Position numbers and translations under genes: made by a program
Assembly (NCBI GenBank): GCA_046290465.1
Contig: JBKAGP010000001.1
Location: 1,184,001-1,248,000, forward strand
Reading direction: 5' to 3'
DNA: 64,000 nt
DNA from: Planctomycetota bacterium
GTDB taxonomy: Bacteria; Planctomycetota; UBA1135; UBA2386
The notes under the pieces: generated by a model
The model's input: only the letters and a program-made list of their open reading frames with translations
Told to the model about the DNA's origin: nothing
The model's database searches: none
Part shown: in pieces, positions 57,558-64,000 of the stretch
How positions within the stretch are numbered: position 1 is the first letter of the stretch
Layout of the letters: the number at the start of each line of letters is the position of its first letter

Positions 57558-59459
57558 TCAGCCCCGCGTCAGCACCAGCGTGTTGCTGGCCGTGACCAGC
57601 TTGCCGGCGGCGTCGACGACGTAGGCGCGTACGAACAGCGGCTGCCCACCCGCAGGCACCTCCGCCGGTACCTCGGCCGAACCGGCGGCCCCCTGCCCGG
57701 GCAGCAGCGTCGACGCGACCCCGAACGCCTCCTGCCCCGGCCGGATCGCGTCCGGAAGCGGCTTCAGCGAAGCGGCCAACAGCCGGAACACGCCCGCCGG
57801 CAGCCCCTGGACCTGCAGCTGCGGCCGCGCGCCGACCTGCTCGCCCACCATGCGCAGCGCCGGCGCGGCCTCGGCCGCATCGGCCATCACCACCACGTCC
57901 GGCCAGTGCGCCTCGACCGGCACCTCGCAGCGCGCGCCGCCCGCCACCGTCACCTCGAGCCGGAACGAGCCGCGCCGCAGCGCCCGCACCGCGCCGCCCT
58001 CGCCGACCAGCAGCGCCCCGTCGGGCACCGAACGGTAGCGCGTGCCGAGTCCGGTCGCGGCGACGTCGAGCGCACGGCCATCGCCGTCGCGCGCCGCCAC
58101 CGACAGCTGCACGACCTGCGCCGGCGCCGCCAGTTCGAGCTTGGTCGGCGCGACCTCGACCGACGTCGCCGCGAAGCCCTCGAGGTCGAGTCGCCGCCGG
58201 ATCGTCGACACCACGCGCTCGGCGAGCAGTTCGTTGCCGCGTCGGCCCAGGTGGCAGCAGGTGTCGACGTAGAGCGGCTCCGGGTGGTCCGAGAACATCT
58301 CGGTCAGGTCGGCGAACGCGACGCCTTCGGCGAGCAGCCGCTGCCCCGCCGCGCGCAGCAGCGGGTAGCCGTGCACCACCGACGGCTGCAGCGAACGGTC
58401 GCCCGTGTAGATCGCGACCCGCGCCTCCTCGTCGCCGATCGGCTTGGCGCCCGGCACGTACTGGTTGGGCTGCAGGAAGTGGAAGTAGCGGGTGCCGTGT
58501 GCCGCACAGAGGCGCTGCAGGTGCAGCGACGCGCGCCGCCAGACCTCGACCATCTCGGCGCGCGACGCGTCGACGTCGCGGCCCTCGTGGCCGGGCCCGG
58601 TGGCCGCGAAGCCCCGCGCCGTGGTCGCCCGTTCGATCTCGCGCGCGAGCTCGCCCTCGGCCGCGACGCCGCGCCGGTCGCCGACCAGCCACAGGCTCTG
58701 CAGCGTCGGCGACCACCACAGCGCGCCCGCCGAGCGCGCCGCCGCGGCCCGCTGGTCGCGCAGCACCGCCAGCCGTCCGATGCGCCGCAGCTGCTCGGTC
58801 GTCGGCACCCGGTCCATCAGGCCCGCCCAGCGCCGCGGGAACCAGCCCGGCACCCCGGCCTCGTGGTTGGCCGGCACCATCGCGACCTCGTTGAAGCCAT
58901 CGAGGTTGACCAGCAGGTCGAAGCCGCCGCCGCGCAGCAGCGCCAGCTCGGTCGCGAACACCTGCTGCGGCTGCTTGTAGCCGCCGAGCGCCATGCAGAC
59001 GATCTCGAGCTGCTTGCCCTGCACCGACGGGCTGCGCAGCAGCTCTCGGCGCAGCACGTCCTCGGCGTAGAGCACCAGCTGCAGCGCCACCGAGCCGCCG
59101 ACGATGCCGACCACGAAGCGGTCGTGCGAACGTTCGCGGATCGGTGAGCCCTCCCCCATGAAGCCGTACGGCGACACCGGGAACCCGTTGACGTCGTGGA
59201 TCTCGTGGTTGGTCACGTAGCCGAGGAACGGATGGATCGTCAGGCCCGGGTTGGCCACCGCCTGCACGCGGTCCTGTTCGTCCTGTGCATCGGCCCCCGC
59301 CGCGACCGCGCGCAATTCCTGCGCCCCCGACCACGAGAACGGCGACCCGGTCAAAGCCCACCAGGTGACGAAGCCGCCGACCTCGATCAGGCCGACGACG
59401 AACAGCAGCAGCAGCGCGACGAACAGCAGCCGGCGACGGCGCGACGTTCTCCGGCTCAC
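57558..59459 (-). CDS. Membrane-anchored SGNH/GDSL-like protein with C-terminal Ig-like modules
   Basis: GTG at 59459 overlaps the S8 stop; N-terminal TM helix; VGIVGGSVA (block I), ALGGY (II), NLDGFNE (III), YVDTCCH (V). Confidence 0.65.
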   Translation of the reverse strand: MSRRTSRRRRLLFVALLLLFVVGLIEVGGFVTWWALTGSPFSWSGAQELRAVAAGADAQDEQDRVQAVANPGLTIHPFLGYVTNHEIHDVNGFPVSPYGFMGEGSPIRERSHDRFVVGIVGGSVALQLVLYAEDVLRRELLRSPSVQGKQLEIVCMALGGYKQPQQVFATELALLRGGGFDLLVNLDGFNEVAMVPANHEAGVPGWFPRRWAGLMDRVPTTEQLRRIGRLAVLRDQRAAAARSAGALWWSPTLQSLWLVGDRRGVAAEGELAREIERATTARGFAATGPGHEGRDVDASRAEMVEVWRRASLHLQRLCAAHGTRYFHFLQPNQYVPGAKPIGDEEARVAIYTGDRSLQPSVVHGYPLLRAAGQRLLAEGVAFADLTEMFSDHPEPLYVDTCCHLGRRGNELLAERVVSTIRRRLDLEGFAATSVEVAPTKLELAAPAQVVQLSVAARDGDGRALDVAATGLGTRYRSVPDGALLVGEGGAVRALRRGSFRLEVTVAGGARCEVPVEAHWPDVVVMADAAEAAPALRMVGEQVGARPQLQVQGLPAGVFRLLAASLKPLPDAIRPGQEAFGVASTLLPGQGAAGSAEVPAEVPAGGQPLFVRAYVVDAAGKLVTASNTLVLTRG

Positions 59460-61348
59460 AGGATCGTGACCTGGCAGCTGTTGGTCACGTGCAGCGAGCC
59501 GGTCGGCTCGAGCCGCACGGCCTGCAGGTAGATATCGACGTCGTGCAGCGCGGCGTTGTTGGGGACCGGCAGCGTGTACTGCGCGCTGCCGGTCGCGAGC
59601 ACGTAGGCGCCGAGCGGGCTGTAGGCCAGCAGGTCGAGGTGGATGTTGCGGTTGAACCCGAGCGGGATGTCGGCGGTCGCGAAGCTGCCGAACAGCGCCG
59701 CGATCGAGCCGGCCGGCCCGTCGAGGTCGGCGACGATCGTGTCGCCGAGCGACACGTCCGGCTCTTGCATCATCAGTCCGTCGACGATGCCGAGCTGCTG
59801 CATCATCGCCAGCAGGTCGGGGCGCCGGCCGATGACGTCCGGCGTCAGCGGGCCGACCGTGTGCAGCAGGTCGAGCACCTGTTGGTTGCTCAGCGGCTGG
59901 CCGAGCTGGCGCCGCGCCGCGCCCTGCAGCGAGGCGACCACGCCGGCGATGTGCGGCGTCGCCGACGACGTGCCGGTGCCGGCCGCCGTGTACGACTGCC
60001 GCAGGTCGTTGTTGCCGAAGAACAGCGTGCCGTAGCCGCACGCCAGCACCTGGTCGCCCCAGCTGTGCGCGTCGACCCGCGAGCCGAAGTTGCTGAACGA
60101 CGCCTTCTGCAGCAGGCCGGCCTCCGACGCGCCGCAGATGATCGCGCCCGAGTCGCGGAAGTTGCGGTCGAAGCGGCCGAGCAGCGCCGGGTCGTCGAGG
60201 CTGCGGTTGCCGTTGCCGGCCGGCACGCAGACGTGCAGGCCGTTGGCGGTGGCGGTCAGCGTCGCGTCGAACGACGACTGCAAGAACTCGAACGGCAGCC
60301 ACGTGCCCGGTCCGAGCGCCGGCACCAGGATCATGATGACCACCATCGAGACGTCACCGGGCTGGCTGTTGGCCAGCGCCAGCGATATCGCGTTGGCGAA
60401 GCCGCCGTTGATGTTGATGCCGACCAGCAGCGCCGAGACCTCGTCGGCGACGCCGGTCAGTCCGTAGGCGTTGCGGTCGGCGAACGCGATCGACGCGCCG
60501 GCGATGCCGTGGTTGGCGTCCGGCTGGGTCACCGGCGGCATCGCCCCGACGACGCGGCTCTGCACGACCTGGCACAGGTCCTCGTGGTCCCAGACCCAGC
60601 CGTTCTCGATCATGCGCATGCCGACCCCCTGGCCGCGCGCGCCGAGCACGCCAGCGACCAACCGCGCGCCGTGGCCGAGCGGCGACGGCGCGTGCGACAG
60701 CTGCTGCGCCATGAACGCCGGCGTGGTCGGCGGCAGGTCGCCACCCGAGCACCACGGCGCGCTCGCCGGGTGCAGCACCGGCTCGCAGTAGACGTGCTCG
60801 ACCAGCGGCTCGGCGGCGAGCGCGACGCGCAGCCGTTCGGCGGTGGCGGCGTCGCTGGCGACCAGCTTGAACCACAGGCCGAGATGGCCCGGCCGGTTGT
60901 GTTCGGGCAGCACGGCGCAGGCGTGGGCGTGCCAGGCATCGAGCTGCGCGCGCGGCACCGCGGTGACCAGCGGCCGGGCGTCGGCCTGCGCGAACCAGCG
61001 CTGCACCGACGACAGGTCGACGCCACTACGCGAGACCAGCCGCCCCTGGCGCAGCACCGCGTCGCTGCCCTCGGCGAGCTTGACCTCGAGGCGCTCGAGA
61101 TGGACCGCGCGCAGCACCTGCGGGGTCGCTTCCGGAAGGTGGAACCCGCCCTCCCCGATCTGCTGCGAGTGGGCCTGCTGCCGCTGGATCTGCTGCCGCT
61201 GGATCTGCTGCCGCTGGATCTGCTGCCGCTGGATCTGCTGCGGCTGGATCTTCTGCGGCTGGATCTTCTGCGGCTGGCTCACCTGGGCGGCCAGGCCGGC
61301 GGCGCACAGGCCGACGACGAGCAGGCGGAGCAACGTGGTCGATGGCAT
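59456..61348 (-). CDS. Secreted S8 (subtilisin-like) serine peptidase
   Basis: Signal peptide; MIENGW (Glu at the Asp site), NHGIAG, PAGNG, FSNFGSRVD, GTSSATP. Confidence 0.85.
   Translation of the reverse strand: MPSTTLLRLLVVGLCAAGLAAQVSQPQKIQPQKIQPQQIQRQQIQRQQIQRQQIQRQQAHSQQIGEGGFHLPEATPQVLRAVHLERLEVKLAEGSDAVLRQGRLVSRSGVDLSSVQRWFAQADARPLVTAVPRAQLDAWHAHACAVLPEHNRPGHLGLWFKLVASDAATAERLRVALAAEPLVEHVYCEPVLHPASAPWCSGGDLPPTTPAFMAQQLSHAPSPLGHGARLVAGVLGARGQGVGMRMIENGWVWDHEDLCQVVQSRVVGAMPPVTQPDANHGIAGASIAFADRNAYGLTGVADEVSALLVGININGGFANAISLALANSQPGDVSMVVIMILVPALGPGTWLPFEFLQSSFDATLTATANGLHVCVPAGNGNRSLDDPALLGRFDRNFRDSGAIICGASEAGLLQKASFSNFGSRVDAHSWGDQVLACGYGTLFFGNNDLRQSYTAAGTGTSSATPHIAGVVASLQGAARRQLGQPLSNQQVLDLLHTVGPLTPDVIGRRPDLLAMMQQLGIVDGLMMQEPDVSLGDTIVADLDGPAGSIAALFGSFATADIPLGFNRNIHLDLLAYSPLGAYVLATGSAQYTLPVPNNAALHDVDIYLQAVRLEPTGSLHVTNSCQVTIL
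61175..61276. repeat. 15-bp coding tandem repeat (~7 copies) encoding (QKIQP/QQIQR)n
   Basis: CTGCTGCCGCTGGAT x4, CTGCTGCGGCTGGAT, CTTCTGCGGCTGGAT and a partial copy. Confidence 0.92.
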
Positions 61349-61452
61349 GGGGCGCCCACTCTACCACGCCATCCGGGCAGCGGACCGGCATCCCCTGCGG
61401 CCGCCGCCGCATTTCGCGGAACCGTCGCGCCCCCGCCGGCACCAGGGGGTCG

Positions 61453-61926
61453 ATGCCTGCCCACTCGATGTCCGAAGCCCTCGACCGCACCGGTGTGATC
61501 GCGTCGATCGGCTGCGCCGTGCACTGCATGGTCGCGCCCCTGGTGCTGCTGCTGGCGCCGGCACTCGGCGGCATCTGGGTGCACCCCGGCACCCACCTGG
61601 CGATCGCCGCGCTGGTGCTGCCGGTCGCCGCGTTCGCGCTGCGCCGCGGCCTGCGCGCGCACGGCCGCCGCTGGATCGCGATCGCCGGCGTGCTCGGCAT
61701 GGCGCTGGTCGCGGTCGGCACGCTGCTGCCGTTCGTCGGCCACACCGCGCACGCGGCCGGCGAGACCTGCCAGGACTGCTGTCCGACGCTGGTCGTCGAC
61801 GAGCACTCCGGCGACTACCGGCTGCACCTGCCGCCGGCCAGCATCGTGACGTTCCTCGGCGGCGCGCTGCTGGTGACCGCGCACTTCGCCAACCTGCGCT
61901 GCTGCGCCGGTTGCCGGACGGCCTGA
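61453..61926 (+). CDS. MerC-domain membrane protein
   Basis: LDRTGVIASIGCAVHC motif; 4 TM helices; AHFANLR end; extra CQDCC and CCAGC clusters. Confidence 0.8.
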   Translation: MPAHSMSEALDRTGVIASIGCAVHCMVAPLVLLLAPALGGIWVHPGTHLAIAALVLPVAAFALRRGLRAHGRRWIAIAGVLGMALVAVGTLLPFVGHTAHAAGETCQDCCPTLVVDEHSGDYRLHLPPASIVTFLGGALLVTAHFANLRCCAGCRTA

Positions 61927-62011
61927 CGCGACGCTCGCACCCGCTGCGGCCTTTCTTCTCCGCCGCTCGATCGGCTGCACCGGGCCCGTAGCATGGCGGC
62001 ACCTGCCGCCC

Positions 62012-63772
62012 ATGCCCTACGCCCGCCGCTCGCCGTCCAGCTTTCGCATGCTCCCCGTCCGCGCAGCGCTCGCGGCCGGCCTCGCGCTCACCGGAGGCCT
62101 CGCGGCGCAGGGACCTGCCGGCGAAGGCGCCGCGACCGACGACGCGACGCGCTGGTTCGGGGTGCCGGCCCTGCAGCCGGCGCAGACCAGGCTCGAACCG
62201 CACCAACTGGCGACCCCGCAGGCGACGCTCGAGCTGTTCCTCGACCGCGCCCAGGAGCGCGACTGGCAGCGCGCCGCCGCCGCGCTCGACGTGCGCTACA
62301 TGGGCGACGCGGCCAACCCGGCGGTGCTGGCCGAACAGTTCTACTTCGTGCTCCAGCAACAGCTCTGGATCGACTGGGGCACGGTGCCCGATCGCCCCGA
62401 CGGCCTGATCGAGCCCGGCCTGCTCGAGAACAACAGCCCGGTCGTCGGTCGGCCGCGGCGCGGCATCCGGCTCGGGAACATCGAGATCCGCGATCGACTG
62501 ATGCCGATCCAACTGCACCGGATCAAGGCGCCCGGCCACGAGCCGATCTGGGTGTTCGCGGCGCAGACCGTCAAGAACGTGCCGGCGCTCTACGAGGAGC
62601 ACGGACCGAGCGGGCTGGCGCAGATGATGCCCTCCTGGGCGCGCGAGCGAGGCCCGCTGCGTCTGCCCATCTGGCAGTGGATCGGGCTGGCGCTGGCGCT
62701 GGTCGTCGCCCCGGCGATCGGCATCGTCAGCAGCAGCTGGCTGGCACGACTCGCCGCCCGCAACACCCCCGAGAACTGGCGCGAGGTCACGCTGAAGATC
62801 CGCTGGCCGATCTGCCTGCTGGTCGCAACGGTGCTGGTCTGGGTGCTCGTCAACGATGTGCTCGGCCTGCCCAGCAGCCTGGCGTCGTTCCTGCGCCCCG
62901 CCACGATGATCGCGACCGTGGCGGCGTTCGTGTGGCTGCTGATGCGCATCATCAGCATCGTCATCGACAGCATCATGACCCGGTCGCTCGGGGACGACGA
63001 CGCCGAGCAGGACGCACGGCGACGGGCGTTGACGCAGGTCAAGGTCGCCCGCCACGTGATCGTGTTCGGGCTCGCGATCTTCGGCATCGCGATCGTGCTG
63101 CTGCAGCTCAACTCGCTGCGCTCGGTCGGCGTCATGCTGCTGTCGTCGGCCGGCGCAATGGCCGTGATCCTCGGCATCGCCGGCCACGCCGTGCTCGGCA
63201 ACCTGGTCGCCGGCCTGCACATCGCGTTCACCCAGCCGTTCCGGATCGGCGACATCGTCGTCGTCGAGGGCCACTGGGGCCGCATCGAGGACATCAGCTA
63301 CGTCAACGTGGTCGTGCGCACGTGGGACGAACGGCGGCTGGTGTTCCCGATCCGCCACTTCGTCGAGCACTGGTTCGAGAACTGGTCGAAGACCGACGAG
63401 TTCACGCTGCAGACCATGAAGCTGAAGGTCGACTACCGCGCGCGCGTCGAGGACATCCGCAGCAAGTTCGAGGAGATCGTCACGGCGGACGAGGACTTCG
63501 ACACCCGCAAGGACCCCGAGGTGCTGGTCACCGAGTGTGGCGACGAGACCGTGACGCTGCGGATGAGCGCCGGCGGCAAGGACGCCAGCGCGGCCTGGCG
63601 GATGATCAACCGGGTTCGGGAGAGCACCATCCGCTGGCTGCAGGACGTCGAAGGCGGCGCGTGGCTGCCCCGCCGTCGCCTGACCGTGCACGATGCGGCG
63701 GCGGGTCGCGAAGCGGGCCCAAGCAAGGGCACCGGCAAGGGCGACGGCAAGGACACCGGCGACGACGACTGA
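62012..63772 (+). CDS. MscS-family mechanosensitive channel with periplasmic N-terminal domain
   Basis: LGNLVAGLHIAFTQPFRIGDIVVVEGHWGRIEDI, RTWDERRLVFP, FENWS; start may be 62048. Confidence 0.9.
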   Translation: MPYARRSPSSFRMLPVRAALAAGLALTGGLAAQGPAGEGAATDDATRWFGVPALQPAQTRLEPHQLATPQATLELFLDRAQERDWQRAAAALDVRYMGDAANPAVLAEQFYFVLQQQLWIDWGTVPDRPDGLIEPGLLENNSPVVGRPRRGIRLGNIEIRDRLMPIQLHRIKAPGHEPIWVFAAQTVKNVPALYEEHGPSGLAQMMPSWARERGPLRLPIWQWIGLALALVVAPAIGIVSSSWLARLAARNTPENWREVTLKIRWPICLLVATVLVWVLVNDVLGLPSSLASFLRPATMIATVAAFVWLLMRIISIVIDSIMTRSLGDDDAEQDARRRALTQVKVARHVIVFGLAIFGIAIVLLQLNSLRSVGVMLLSSAGAMAVILGIAGHAVLGNLVAGLHIAFTQPFRIGDIVVVEGHWGRIEDISYVNVVVRTWDERRLVFPIRHFVEHWFENWSKTDEFTLQTMKLKVDYRARVEDIRSKFEEIVTADEDFDTRKDPEVLVTECGDETVTLRMSAGGKDASAAWRMINRVRESTIRWLQDVEGGAWLPRRRLTVHDAAAGREAGPSKGTGKGDGKDTGDDD

Positions 63773-63793
63773 CCGGCCGACGGATCCGAACCG

Positions 63794-64000
63794 CTACAGC
63801 GGCTCATTGCCGATCGCATACTCGCGCCACTCCTCGAAGTCGAAGTGCCACCACTCGTGCTCGTAGACGGCGAAGCCCTGCTCCTCCATCGCGCGGCGCA
63901 GCAGTTCGCGGTAGTGGCGCTGCCGTGACGTGCCGCCCGGGTAGTCCGGGTAGGCGCGCTCGGTGAACTCGTCGTAGCCGGACGGCATCTCGATCTGCTC
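63794..64000 (-). CDS. ddpX: D-Ala-D-Ala dipeptidase (VanX/DdpX, M15D), C-terminal fragment
   Basis: MPSGYDEFTERA, RELLRRAMEEQGF, EWWHFD; 5' end lies outside the window. Confidence 0.85.
   Translation of the reverse strand, partial: EQIEMPSGYDEFTERAYPDYPGGTSRQRHYRELLRRAMEEQGFAVYEHEWWHFDFEEWREYAIGNEPL

Noticed and set aside
63794..64000. vanX as evidence of a vancomycin resistance cluster
   Set aside because: No vanH/vanA/vanRS visible in the window; stand-alone DdpX homologues are widespread

Overview
High-GC (~70%) bacterial chromosomal window, most likely from a Planctomycetota lineage (inferred from paired TIGR02999-like ECF sigma/Ser-Thr kinase genes, a membrane-anchored ECF fusion, sulfatases, DUF1579 and large secreted repeat proteins). 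About 50 genes: a Lon-like protease (truncated) with USP, a MacAB-type ABC exporter, an MFS, a NYN RNase with a DmpA peptidase, a stand-alone DnaE2-like polymerase, an RRM protein, lipoprotein MsrA, two ECF-kinase pairs, an i-type lysozyme-like gene, glycosyltransferases, a TRAP transporter, a thiolase/aconitase-family/sulfotransferase cluster, a double sulfatase, a TAXI protein, citrate synthase, an S8 peptidase, MerC, MscS and a VanX/DdpX fragment. Main results that the ORF track misses: (1) two adjacent selenoprotein candidates, an exported TlpA-like protein (W-U-G-P-C) and an AhpC-type peroxiredoxin (T-F-V-U-S-T-E), each with an in-frame TGA at the catalytic Cys position and a SECIS-like hairpin; (2) an ~83-bp GTAG/REPIN-like element in two copies, one flanked by a 29-bp duplication of a gene 3' end; (3) a shared C-terminal module on four unrelated exported proteins, a candidate sorting domain; (4) a 1-bp frameshift in the sulfotransferase. 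No rRNA, tRNA, CRISPR array or transposase was recognised. All family calls come from reading motifs by eye; no database searches were run.
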